IMG/VR virus record: IMGVR_UViG_3300033407_000049 | Location: 1 to 41,454 of that record | Reading direction: 5' to 3' (one strand) | Origin: a virus | Taxonomy: Duplodnaviria; Caudoviricetes | DNA length: 41,454 nt | Part shown: positions 17,512 through 27,355 of the stretch, one piece after another | How positions within the stretch are numbered: position 1 is the first letter of the stretch | Layout: each line of letters starts with the position of its first letter | Program-made: the position numbers and the translations under genes | The notes under the pieces: model-generated | The model's database searches: none | Told to the model about the DNA's origin: nothing | The model's input: only the letters and a program-made list of their open reading frames with translations

Positions 17512-17520
17512 TGCCTGCCT

Positions 17521-19029
17521 TTACGTTAGTTTACCCATACGCACACGCAAATTACCACTGGCGTCATAAACACGAAAATCATTGGTTGCGCCGTCAATAA
17601 TGACTTTACCATTCGGCGTAAAATCGTCATCTGTTTGAAATTTGGCGCCTGTCAGTAAGGTCGTATTTATTTTTCCAGCACTGACAATATCTGTGCTAAG
17701 TGCATCCACTGCGACGGTGCCGTGTATAATCATATTTCCGTCAATAGCTTCAGTAATCAGCCCGCTGAAATGGGTAGCCAGTACCGTAATGTACTGCTCG
17801 GTAGCTGCTCCGAGATACACGCGAGTTCCGGCTAACTGCGCACTCACATCGGTTACCGTAATCTTGTCGTTGGGCCGTAAAGTGCTATCATTGGTCAGTC
17901 CAGATAGGATCATGTCACGGGCGACCGCCTGGGCTGCTTCATTGGTCAGCGTACCTGCCCAACTGGCGGCTACCGCAGGAGTGATATAGGTTGTCCCCGC
18001 GTCACTTTCTTCAAAGACGAAAGAATTACTGCCACGCGGACCTGACGCCCCATTGGCGCCGCGAATGGCGATAGCCAGGCCCCAGCCTATCCCGGTACCA
18101 TCATCGACCTTCTGGCTCATCCAGCCGGCTTCTGCGGTGGCGTTGGTATGCCAGCCGTTGCTGTCACCGGCGATGTTATCCGGAGGTACCGGAGCGATCC
18201 CTTGGGGATCAGCATCGTGATAGGTGATATAGACGGATAAGCCGTTTGCCCCTGCTGCCCCTGCGACGCCGTCATTGCCATCCAGAAGCATCACTTCCCA
18301 GGCATCCATAGCGGTGTAGATATAGACCACATGGTTGTCCGTATCCCGGTACGCCCAGTTGATTTGTGGATCAGCGGGAGGGGTGGCCAGATCGCCTTTC
18401 CAGACAATCGAGACACCTTCTTGCCCATCAATCCCATCAATCCCATCAATGGTCATCTGATACCAGACACCGTCCCAGAAGATATAGCTGCGTTTGTTCG
18501 CGGTATTCTTGTAAGAGAAACCGTCTTCGGCTCCCAAGGGATGGGCATCCGCTTCGCCCAGCCAAACGATCGAAGTGCCATTATTACCATTTACCCCATT
18601 GGATCCGTTCAGACCGGCAACGCCCGGTAAACCGGGTAAGCCGGGATCGCCTTTGTCGCCCTTTTCGCCGGTACTGCCGAGCGATCCATGCCGGACAAAC
18701 AATACCGGCGGACTCCAGACGTCCTGTTGCGGAGCTAGCCCGTCACTGGTAAAGAATCGCGATGACGCAAAGACCGGATCGGTCCCGGGCAAAATGGTAT
18801 GGGTCCAGGTGCCGCCATCCGGAATCGGAAAGGTCCAGCCACCGCCTACCGGGGTAACCGGCACCGTGGACGAACGACGATAAACCATGGACATGAACTG
18901 CCCCTGGCCGGCCGTACCATTTGTCCACTGCTCGATCTGCGCATCCGTGACAAAGCGATTGTTTGCATCCTGCGAAATGACTTCAGGAGGATGACTGCCT
19001 TCGGCACCGTAATTTTTGATATCCGCCAT
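17521..19029 (-). CDS. collagen-like tail fibre with gpJ-like C-terminus, 502 aa
   Basis: Gly-X-Y runs (GEKGDKGDPGLPGLPGVAGLNGSNG…) between repeated SIVW(L/K)G modules; C-terminal IDGNMIIHGTV…RVYDASGNLRVRMGKL. Confidence 0.8.
   Translation of the reverse strand: MADIKNYGAEGSHPPEVISQDANNRFVTDAQIEQWTNGTAGQGQFMSMVYRRSSTVPVTPVGGGWTFPIPDGGTWTHTILPGTDPVFASSRFFTSDGLAPQQDVWSPPVLFVRHGSLGSTGEKGDKGDPGLPGLPGVAGLNGSNGVNGNNGTSIVWLGEADAHPLGAEDGFSYKNTANKRSYIFWDGVWYQMTIDGIDGIDGQEGVSIVWKGDLATPPADPQINWAYRDTDNHVVYIYTAMDAWEVMLLDGNDGVAGAAGANGLSVYITYHDADPQGIAPVPPDNIAGDSNGWHTNATAEAGWMSQKVDDGTGIGWGLAIAIRGANGASGPRGSNSFVFEESDAGTTYITPAVAASWAGTLTNEAAQAVARDMILSGLTNDSTLRPNDKITVTDVSAQLAGTRVYLGAATEQYITVLATHFSGLITEAIDGNMIIHGTVAVDALSTDIVSAGKINTTLLTGAKFQTDDDFTPNGKVIIDGATNDFRVYDASGNLRVRMGKLT
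18424..18450. repeat. perfect 9-nt tandem repeat x3
   Basis: (CCCATCAAT)3, encoding IDG-IDG-IDG on the minus strand. Confidence 0.8.
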
Positions 19030-19040
19030 ACGCTCTCTTT

Positions 19041-22000
19041 CTATTCGCCCAAACCGGAACCGAGTTTGCTGAGCAGATCGATATACAGTACGCCCCCGAC
19101 ACTGGAAGCGGCTGCGGTTCCAGCCGTACCGATATTCTGGAAAAGGCCCTTGGTGACCCCGGGAATCGAGTTGATGATGTTATCACCCACTCCGGTTGCC
19201 GAACCCAGCAAAAAGACGGACAGTGCGGTAAAGGGTGCATCCAGCAAGACATTCTTGATATGCTTGAGGACCCGGAGCTGGTACTTCGAGAAGAAGACCA
19301 GACCAATCGAATTGGCGTATTCTATGGATTTGTGTGTCGGTAAGTCAAAGTTTATAAACTTGTCGACTACTGTCGCCACCGCATCCCGATGTTCCATGCC
19401 CTTCTTCTGGGTGAGGTGTTTGTACATGACGTAACGCCCGACGTAGTCAGTCATCTTCACCGCATTGTTCATCATACGAAAACCTTCGGTATCCTGGGTC
19501 ATGAAAAGGACCCGGATGGCTTTCTCCATCTTAGCCGGCATCTTCTTCAGCAGCGTATCCAGGCCCTTATCCAGCCCGTAAGTATAGGGCGACTCGTTCT
19601 GGACGGTATCCACGTCATCGACAATGGAGGGCAGCAGTCCTGCCTCGATCATTGCCTTGGAAGGATTCCTTGCCAATTCGTCTTCCAGCCGAGCAATATT
19701 CCGATCCAGCACTTTGAGCTGCTGGGCTTTATCCACTGCATTGATGCTTTCCTTGGCCGCCAGGATGTTTCGCTGGATGGTGGCGGAAGTAAACTTCTGG
19801 TGCAACGACTGGTAGAGCAGGGCGCTGTTGATCGCTTCCCGAGAACCTTTCAGGATCTCATGGATCGGAACCCCGTGCGAGAGCAACAAGGCGATGTTGC
19901 TCAGGTAGTTGCCGTGGATAACTTTCAAATTACGCACCACGATATTACTCTTGGCCAGGCTGGTTAACTGGGTAAGGAATTCTTCACCTCGTTTGGCTCG
20001 TACCACAGCTCGACCGACTTGTTTATCTTTGCGCATCTGCGCCGAGTCGGTCGCCAGGTCATTCAACGAACTCTTGTAGAAAGGATTATCCCAGCCTAAA
20101 GCGAAGGTCAGCACCTCTTTGACCGAGCGTCCGATCAACTTCTGCTCGGAACTGTTCTTGCTGAAGACTTCCGTAATGCTGTATTTATTCTGTCCGAAAG
20201 CCAGGGTGATCATATCCCGACTGACCATCATCCCGTCGCGTCCCCAGACCGATTTGATCTGGGCGCGCATCTTGTCTGGCAGCCGGAAGTAGATTTCTCG
20301 CAGATCCTTATCTGTCGAGGTCGGAGAAATATCGACGAAGTCGAGAGGATACTTCTCAAACTGCGCATCGTAGAAATCCTTCAAGGCGGAGACGACTTCC
20401 TTGTTCACTACAGGAGTCATCTTCTTGTCCACGATCTGGCTGGCCATGGCGCCAAGGACCGCATCCACTTCGGAGAACTGTTGCAGGACGGTATCCTTGG
20501 TATGCTCGTTCATCATGTAACGGGTACCCAGCATTCGACCTTTGTCGTCGTAGTGCGGAATGACATAATTTTTGGCCCCGGTCGGAACATAAGGCTTGCG
20601 GGGGGTACTCTTGTACATCTTCTCCAGCGTGGCCTGCACAGTAGCCATCAAATGCTTCTCGTTCTGTTCAGCCTTAGCCGGCGCCGTGATAAAATTACCG
20701 ATCTGTTCCTGGACACGAAGAGCATCCGAACCCTTCTTGGTATTGGTGGTCAGCGAGGTAATCCCCGACTGAAGCGGATTGATCGTTCCGGTCAGCGACT
20801 TGAACATATAGATATCTTCTTTAACCAGATCGTTTGGATCCCTCTGAATGGGCGATTGCTCCATGGTGTAACCCATGCGGGTAAAGCGGGCCTGATCATG
20901 AATCGTGCCCTGCTCGTACTGCACTCGATCATTGAGGATCTGTTTGATATAGCCCTTCTGCATCTTGCCCGGCTGGTTATGAAAGGTTTCCTTGAGGGCT
21001 TCGGCTTTGAGCAGATTGTGCTGCACCAGGATATTTTCAAAACCCTGCCAGTTGTCCTGCATCAGCTCCACCAGGATCTGTCGATCCCGGGTCGGTACAT
21101 AGCGCAGCGAAGAAAGGGTCGCCAATTCATCGATAATGGTGATTGCCTTGGTGAGATGTTCTCCCTTCAAAGTCCCTGCGGTTTTCAAGCCATCCATCAC
21201 CGCAATGTTGTGGGCATTCAGCAACGGTACACCGTCGGCACGACGGGCGCCGTGGATCATGTAATAACCCAGATCGTCAGCAGCCTTTTCGAAGAAATGA
21301 CGGTGAGGACGCAAGGCCGGGTCGTTGAGCAGTTGCAGCATCAGGGCCGCAATCCGGTCTTCCCGGACCTGCTCACTACCTACTAGATCGATCAGCACAT
21401 CCTTGCCGGTACTATCCAGTAAAGAACTCAGATCGGTCTTCAGGCCGACCCTGGTGTAGACCTCTTTCTGTTTGGCCGTGACACCGGGCTTCAACCAAGA
21501 ATTAACCTCTGCCCGGATACCATCGGCTACCTCCACCTTGGCGGTATCGAGCACCCGCTTACGCCAGCCCAGCATTTCATGGAAGGTCTGTAGCCGAGGC
21601 GTCAAACCGCGTACCTCACCCATTACACTGGCCATAAAGCCCTCAGTACCATCCTTGTCGTTCATCCAGTTAAGCGCACGGCGGGTCTGGTAGGAGAGGT
21701 AGTTATCCGCTTCGTGTAGATCGCTGACCTTGAGGACGAGCTGACCAACCTTGCGGCTCTTGATGATCTTGGTGGCTGTCTCCTTGACCTTGTCGTCAAC
21801 TTTAATACCGAGTGCAGCCACTTTGTCAGACCCCTTGACGAACGTGGCGTAGATGCCCGATTTGGCCCTTACGTCGATCTCGGACAAAGCACGAACCAGA
21901 TTCTCCAGCTCGACATCCGCTTGGGTGGCATGCTGCTGTTTGTAGAACTGGGTATGGATAAAATCCATGATCTTGTTGAATAGATTAACCACCGACTGCT

Positions 22001-25000
22001 GGATGTTCTTTTCAAAGACACCGAACAAAGCGGTGCTCTGTTTCTTCGGCGGAATCTCCAGGGTCGCCAAGGCCCGCTTGAAGTTCTCGTTGGTTAAACC
22101 AAAGGCAAGGAATTCCGCGACACCTCGGTTGCTACCATCTGTGTTACGATCAGGGGCGAAGATATACGCCCAGCGTTCTTTGGCGGCCAGCACTTCGAAG
22201 GAATTGTTCGGATCGGTAATATCCGCTTCGGGATCGTTCATGAACACGCGGAAGGCGTTGGCGCCGTAGGCTGTTTCAAAAGTATCCCGGGCCAGCTCGT
22301 ACAGATTGGTAGCTTGTCCGCGCAGATAGGGCGACAGCTTGTAGCCACTTTGGATAATATGGTGGACGATCTCGTGAGCGTAGACTTCCCCTGCCGACAT
22401 TCGGATGCCGTGTCCGAGCATTCCCGACTTGGGTGCCGTGGAGAGTTGCTGGGTCTGCAACCAGATCTTCTTCTCTTCGCCGACATAGAGACCGTGGGTT
22501 TCCTGGTCGATCTTGTGCGTGCCGATAAAGAGCTGTATCGGTGTCATGACCCGGGCCACGATGTCGTTCATCACCCGGACCAGATGATTTTTATGATCGG
22601 GCGATACCGCCACACTGCCGTAACCGGCCTGGGCATCTTGCTGCAGAACCGTCTCCAGAACTTCGGCCACGTTCAGAGCATCAACCTTGGTGGTATTTGG
22701 ATAATCCGCTTCCAGAGGTTTCCCCGGGCTTTGCTGACTGGATCCCTGGGTGTCCGAATTCTGTTGTGCGGCCTCACCGTCCTTGCGGTCTTTCAGCCAG
22801 GCAGCGGTTGCCATGACGTTGTCCGCATCCACTGCTGTCACCGTATCTCGGTTGACACCCAGGACCGTATCAGCGGTTATGTCCACGCCTTCCGGATCGT
22901 AGCCAAAACCAGAGTTGGAGTATTGAGCCATCCTGGTAACGTAGGGCATCAGGGCCTTCTTGTTGTCCGTTACCTGCTGGGCAATATCCTTGGCTTGCTC
23001 ACCAATTTTTATAAGGGCGTCTTTGACTGCCTGTTGATAGCCAATCTTGGATAGCGCACTCTTGATTGCTCCAGGTAAGCCGGTCTTGTAATTACCGGAA
23101 GCACTGGCTTCTTGGGTAATACTTTTGATCTGTTTATCAAGGAAAATGTCCCGAGTTTCCGGATCGGGATTCTTACCGATAAAATGCGCTTCGGTGATTA
23201 GGTCTGCTGCCAGTTCCTTTTCAATGGCGCGTTCCTTGATCAAGGAGTCCAAGACCTCTTCCGACTTGATTCCCATTTCCTGGGCCATTTTACGCGCTGC
23301 CGTCAGAGTGCTTTCGTGCATCTTGACGATCTCTTCACCCATGCTGTAGCTGTTCATGATGCGAAAGAATTCTTGATTGGCTTGTTTTCCCACGATTCCG
23401 CTGTCAGTAATTCGGTGACTGAAACCATCATGGTTATTGAGGATATCGATATCCAGTCCCATCAGATGATTGGCTATCATTGAATCCAGCATGTGAATAA
23501 TACGGATAATCGGTGCCACACCGGGAGGATCCAGAAAAGGAATCCCTTCAGGGGTACCCTTGTGTTTCACCACAGTACCATTTTGATAGTTCTGCTCTAC
23601 TGCTGATTTCTTGGCGAAGAGTTTATCTTTGCCGGAAGACACCAACTGCAGGTAACTCGGATTGTCCTCGCGGTTAATCGGAGTCGGAATCTTCGGCATC
23701 AGCGGCTCCAGTTCCTCCAGGATCTGGGCCAGTTCCTTTTTGGTAAGCTGTTGCAGCTTGGGAGACTTGCGAAGGATTGCTTCATCCTTTGGATGGAGTT
23801 CTCCCTTCTGTACGCGCAATGCAGCCAATGCAGCCCGCACCTTACTCTCCAGTTTGGCTTCGACTTTGGCTTTTAGCATAGTGTTGTACATCACCACGGA
23901 AACATTGATCGCATCCAGTAAAGTCTTGCGGGCTTCGATGACCGGCGCATAAACGATATTGACTGCTTCACTCATCGCCTTGCCGTAGGTAGCATTGGCT
24001 GCGGTTTCAATCGCGGCAATTTCAAGATCCTTGAACTTGAACTTCAGCAGTTCATCGATGTTGAGAGCGTTCTCGGGTGTCAGATACTTTTTGATATCGT
24101 GAACTTCCTTGCCCAATAGGACGTTGATATTTTTCAGCAGCTTGTCCAGCCGCTTCAGTATTTCGCTATTGGTTGGCCGATCGGCGGGGCTCTCTTCCAG
24201 CAGGTAATCCTGGGCGATCTTTTCGATCTTGGCGTAAATGCCATCGTTGATCAGATCGACATCGGCAAAGAGTTTCGACTGGCTGAAGAGTCCGGCACCG
24301 AAAGTCGTCTGCATGGTGCGTGGTTTGGAGAGATTGCGGACGATCTTATTGATCACCCCACTCTCGTCAGAGAAAGAACCAAGGATTTCACCGATAGCGT
24401 CGGTGACGTCCAGTTGGTAATCGAGCCGATCTTTGACAAAGGAATCCTTCAGCAGCTCGATCTGTTTCGCCCATTCCTGACCCATGCGCTGGTAGGCGTC
24501 ATTGAGGAACCGGTTATCCGGGCCGATCAGGGTATCCAGGTTGGGTGGATTGCGGGAGACGCTGACACCGGCCATGGCCAGTGCCGCCAGTTTCTCCTGC
24601 ATAGCCTGGGCAATTGTTTGTCCCGGCATAGAACCTTTGTTTGACAGCAGCATCATCAACAGCATGGTGGGGCCGTTGCTGACGCCGTCGATCTCTTTGT
24701 AGAGATCGGTGGTGAATGGCTGGGCACTATCCTGGGCGTGGTTCAGATAGCGAGCATACTCCTGCAGTCCCTTAAAACCATGCAGCTTCATGCCACTGGC
24801 TTCCACTCCGACCGCGATGGCCTGCATCAGTTCGGTGGTCATCTCTTTCGTGCGGTCGAATTCCTGCAATGCTTCGATAGCCGGCAGCAGGGCATAGTGT
24901 TTCTTCTGGTCCTTGGCGGAGAGATTCTCCGGATGGTTGAACAGGTTATTCAGGGCTTCTAGTTGGCCCTCTACGCTATTGTACTTGGCTGACTCGATAT

Positions 25001-26675
25001 CCAGGGCTTGCGCTACGGCTTCAAAGAAAGCGCGTTCTGTGCCCTGTTTATCCACGAAGGAGACGATATCGTGTTCCGGAGCAAACGATACTTTCCAGCT
25101 CGACGGTGCGAAGAGATTGCGGATCACTTTGGAGTTCTGTGGATTGATATAGCCACGCATCAGCATCCGCATATTGCTGATAAAGTCACTGAGGATAAAG
25201 AAGGTATTCTTGTCTGCAGCCTTGGCCTGTTTCAGAAACGTCCGGACATGCTTGATGGTCCGGTCCACATCCTTGTTAATACTCTGGACGCTCTTTTCCC
25301 GGGTGAGGAGTTTGCCTGCCATGGACTCCTTACCAAAGATTGTGCCAAAGGCTTCCAGAGCCAGCGGATCGGCGGTCGCTTCATCGGCCACCAAGGCATC
25401 CATCGCTTCGAAGGCGCTCATGCTCGGCGTCGCGGAGGTCCACTCCGTATCCACGTAATTCTGGATATTTTTGTGCTGCTGCGGACTGATCGCTCCGACG
25501 GTACGACCGGCGCGCATGGTCTTGGGCAAGGGAATCTTGCCGAAGGAGTAACGCAGGGTCTGCGGTTCGTTGTTAAACAGCTTTTCAAAGATATCCGGCG
25601 CCAGGTTCAGTCGTTCCTCGATCTCTTCTACCAACGACAAAGGTTTGGCGTTGTCATTGGGATTGCGGCGCAATACCGTGGACGTGATGTACCCACTACC
25701 TTCGCGGGTTTTATGCACCGCATCGCTGTAGAACAGATCGTTATGGGTGACTGGTAGATATTCTTGCAGCTTCTTGAATGCCCCAATAAACATATCCTGG
25801 CGCTCAACCACGCCCATCTGTTCCAGTCCGGCAATCGCCATCAGACCCAGTGACATCTCCAGCCGGGACTTGCCCAGAGCATCGGCATTTTCCGTGGGAG
25901 TAATCGCCAGCCGTTCTAGTACGGTGCGCCCCAAAGCTTTCGCTAGAGACTCAGTATTCGTTCCCAGTCCCTCCAATAGTTCCAGGGTAGCCTTGGGTAT
26001 ATCCGAATCCTTGGGCCAGCCCAGCAGCTCACGCAGCATGTCCTGGGACTGCTCACCCATGGCCGTACGGGTCGCATCATTGCCCAGCCATTCGTAGACG
26101 GTCGCCGAGATCGCTTCTTTAACGGCCGGATCCAGATAGGCCGAAAGAGCTTTGGCATCCGCGTCATGTTCAGCGAAGTATTGGATCATATCCTCATGTC
26201 GGAAAGCCTTGGAAGAGCCTTCCTTGACCCGGAAGATCGCATCCAGCGCCACCGACATATCGGCATCGAAGACTTCATCGAAGTGGTTGAGGACATTGCG
26301 TTCTGCCGGATTCAAAACCATGAACCGGGCCGCTGCCTGGTAGATGCTGCCGGCCCGCTGCACCAGATTCTGCATCAGGAGCTTCAGACCGCCGACGGGT
26401 TTGAATTCGTTCAGCTCGTTGGACGGATCTTCCGGCCTGGAGGTAAACCGGGTAGCCGGTACAGCCTCCAGCAAAACCTGACGGTTCTGTTTATGCTGCT
26501 CCTTGACACCAGTACGGATTGCCTTCAACTGGGCGATGTGCGCTTCCATGGCGACCCGGGCCAGATCCCCTCGGCCCGCTTCCACAGCAGTTTTGACACT
26601 GGCCGGAAGACGGTCTTCGGTTCTTCCTTTGCCGTGGATATTCACGCAGCTTTGCAGCGAGCCTTTGGTAGCCAT
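19041..26675 (-). CDS. virion RNA polymerase (N4 gp50-like): polymerase plus C-terminal domains, 2544 aa
   Basis: MRMLMRGYINPQNSKVIR; motif A EIDGVSNGP; motif B RNLSKPRTMQTTFG; motif C NNHDGF; HEIVH motif; vRNAP-type C-terminus (MIEAGL…DYVGRYVMYKHL…FINFD). Confidence 0.92.
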   Translation of the reverse strand: MATKGSLQSCVNIHGKGRTEDRLPASVKTAVEAGRGDLARVAMEAHIAQLKAIRTGVKEQHKQNRQVLLEAVPATRFTSRPEDPSNELNEFKPVGGLKLLMQNLVQRAGSIYQAAARFMVLNPAERNVLNHFDEVFDADMSVALDAIFRVKEGSSKAFRHEDMIQYFAEHDADAKALSAYLDPAVKEAISATVYEWLGNDATRTAMGEQSQDMLRELLGWPKDSDIPKATLELLEGLGTNTESLAKALGRTVLERLAITPTENADALGKSRLEMSLGLMAIAGLEQMGVVERQDMFIGAFKKLQEYLPVTHNDLFYSDAVHKTREGSGYITSTVLRRNPNDNAKPLSLVEEIEERLNLAPDIFEKLFNNEPQTLRYSFGKIPLPKTMRAGRTVGAISPQQHKNIQNYVDTEWTSATPSMSAFEAMDALVADEATADPLALEAFGTIFGKESMAGKLLTREKSVQSINKDVDRTIKHVRTFLKQAKAADKNTFFILSDFISNMRMLMRGYINPQNSKVIRNLFAPSSWKVSFAPEHDIVSFVDKQGTERAFFEAVAQALDIESAKYNSVEGQLEALNNLFNHPENLSAKDQKKHYALLPAIEALQEFDRTKEMTTELMQAIAVGVEASGMKLHGFKGLQEYARYLNHAQDSAQPFTTDLYKEIDGVSNGPTMLLMMLLSNKGSMPGQTIAQAMQEKLAALAMAGVSVSRNPPNLDTLIGPDNRFLNDAYQRMGQEWAKQIELLKDSFVKDRLDYQLDVTDAIGEILGSFSDESGVINKIVRNLSKPRTMQTTFGAGLFSQSKLFADVDLINDGIYAKIEKIAQDYLLEESPADRPTNSEILKRLDKLLKNINVLLGKEVHDIKKYLTPENALNIDELLKFKFKDLEIAAIETAANATYGKAMSEAVNIVYAPVIEARKTLLDAINVSVVMYNTMLKAKVEAKLESKVRAALAALRVQKGELHPKDEAILRKSPKLQQLTKKELAQILEELEPLMPKIPTPINREDNPSYLQLVSSGKDKLFAKKSAVEQNYQNGTVVKHKGTPEGIPFLDPPGVAPIIRIIHMLDSMIANHLMGLDIDILNNHDGFSHRITDSGIVGKQANQEFFRIMNSYSMGEEIVKMHESTLTAARKMAQEMGIKSEEVLDSLIKERAIEKELAADLITEAHFIGKNPDPETRDIFLDKQIKSITQEASASGNYKTGLPGAIKSALSKIGYQQAVKDALIKIGEQAKDIAQQVTDNKKALMPYVTRMAQYSNSGFGYDPEGVDITADTVLGVNRDTVTAVDADNVMATAAWLKDRKDGEAAQQNSDTQGSSQQSPGKPLEADYPNTTKVDALNVAEVLETVLQQDAQAGYGSVAVSPDHKNHLVRVMNDIVARVMTPIQLFIGTHKIDQETHGLYVGEEKKIWLQTQQLSTAPKSGMLGHGIRMSAGEVYAHEIVHHIIQSGYKLSPYLRGQATNLYELARDTFETAYGANAFRVFMNDPEADITDPNNSFEVLAAKERWAYIFAPDRNTDGSNRGVAEFLAFGLTNENFKRALATLEIPPKKQSTALFGVFEKNIQQSVVNLFNKIMDFIHTQFYKQQHATQADVELENLVRALSEIDVRAKSGIYATFVKGSDKVAALGIKVDDKVKETATKIIKSRKVGQLVLKVSDLHEADNYLSYQTRRALNWMNDKDGTEGFMASVMGEVRGLTPRLQTFHEMLGWRKRVLDTAKVEVADGIRAEVNSWLKPGVTAKQKEVYTRVGLKTDLSSLLDSTGKDVLIDLVGSEQVREDRIAALMLQLLNDPALRPHRHFFEKAADDLGYYMIHGARRADGVPLLNAHNIAVMDGLKTAGTLKGEHLTKAITIIDELATLSSLRYVPTRDRQILVELMQDNWQGFENILVQHNLLKAEALKETFHNQPGKMQKGYIKQILNDRVQYEQGTIHDQARFTRMGYTMEQSPIQRDPNDLVKEDIYMFKSLTGTINPLQSGITSLTTNTKKGSDALRVQEQIGNFITAPAKAEQNEKHLMATVQATLEKMYKSTPRKPYVPTGAKNYVIPHYDDKGRMLGTRYMMNEHTKDTVLQQFSEVDAVLGAMASQIVDKKMTPVVNKEVVSALKDFYDAQFEKYPLDFVDISPTSTDKDLREIYFRLPDKMRAQIKSVWGRDGMMVSRDMITLAFGQNKYSITEVFSKNSSEQKLIGRSVKEVLTFALGWDNPFYKSSLNDLATDSAQMRKDKQVGRAVVRAKRGEEFLTQLTSLAKSNIVVRNLKVIHGNYLSNIALLLSHGVPIHEILKGSREAINSALLYQSLHQKFTSATIQRNILAAKESINAVDKAQQLKVLDRNIARLEDELARNPSKAMIEAGLLPSIVDDVDTVQNESPYTYGLDKGLDTLLKKMPAKMEKAIRVLFMTQDTEGFRMMNNAVKMTDYVGRYVMYKHLTQKKGMEHRDAVATVVDKFINFDLPTHKSIEYANSIGLVFFSKYQLRVLKHIKNVLLDAPFTALSVFLLGSATGVGDNIINSIPGVTKGLFQNIGTAGTAAASSVGGVLYIDLLSKLGSGLGE

Positions 26676-26688
26676 AGAAACGCCTTAC

Positions 26689-26970
26689 TTATTTAGAGGA
26701 GTTCAGGTTGATAACTGCCGCTTCCAGCGCCGCATTGATCATCGAGGTACCGATCTCAATCCCCGAAGATTTCATGTCCATCAAGATGAGATCAAAGGCT
26801 GCCTGGCGTTTGTCTTTACCGTCCGCTGCGGTCATGGTCTGGGCCACAATGGTTACCGCTCTAATGGCCGAACGGGCCAGGATACGTCCACTGTCCGAGA
26901 GAAGCTGTTTAACAAACGGCTGCAGAAAGATCCAGATATCGGAGAGGAAGAACTTCATTTTGTCCCACAT
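26689..26970 (-). CDS. LL-H-type holin-like protein, 93 aa
   Basis: AAGGAG RBS; GKDKRQAAF…INAALEAAVINL signature; close to the endolysin. Confidence 0.6.
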   Translation of the reverse strand: MWDKMKFFLSDIWIFLQPFVKQLLSDSGRILARSAIRAVTIVAQTMTAADGKDKRQAAFDLILMDMKSSGIEIGTSMINAALEAAVINLNSSK

Positions 26971-27071
26971 GGCTTGCTCCTTTTGGTTCGTTTGAAGAGT
27001 CTGGCCAACCAGTCGTCCCAGTTCACCTTGAAGCTCTTTTTGATTATGAGTTTATCCAGGGGCAATTTCAC
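26955..27071 (-). CDS. possible small basic peptide, 38 aa
   Basis: GTG at 27071; overlaps both neighbours and fills the gap; weak RBS. Confidence 0.3.
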   Translation of the reverse strand: MKLPLDKLIIKKSFKVNWDDWLARLFKRTKRSKPCGTK

Positions 27072-27345
27072 TCTTGCCCGCCTTCTCGATCTTGTGGCCG
27101 ATACCGATGCCTTGCAGTCCCGAGCAGACGCCGTAGATGCCGCCCATGAAGGTGGCGTAGGCCGTTTCAATCGGCACTTCTGGAAGACCCTGATCAGGAA
27201 AGGAGACGCTGATAAAGCCGACGAGTCCCGCACCCACAGCAACCAATCCAGCGATAATCTTGCCGGCTGCTCCGGCGTAAGTCTTTTTACCATTAAGCTT
27301 CCTGCCGATGAAAGCCAGGAACTGTTTTAACATAAAGTTCTTCAT
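27052..27345 (-). CDS. holin candidate, two TM helices, 97 aa
   Basis: ATG 27345 with GGAG RBS; LNGKKTY followed by two hydrophobic helices; directly downstream of the endolysin. Confidence 0.65.
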   Translation of the reverse strand: MKNFMLKQFLAFIGRKLNGKKTYAGAAGKIIAGLVAVGAGLVGFISVSFPDQGLPEVPIETAYATFMGGIYGVCSGLQGIGIGHKIEKAGKSEIAPG

Positions 27346-27355
27346 AAGTGCTCCG

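Noticed and set aside
12507-19029. Diversity-generating retroelement or invertible tail-fibre switch
   Set aside because: No reverse transcriptase, recombinase, template/variable repeat pair or flanking inverted repeats were seen in the window.
22362-22376. HExxH zincin-like motif (HEIVH) in vRNAP as a novelty
   Set aside because: As I recall, a comparable motif is a common feature of N4-like vRNAP C-terminal regions.
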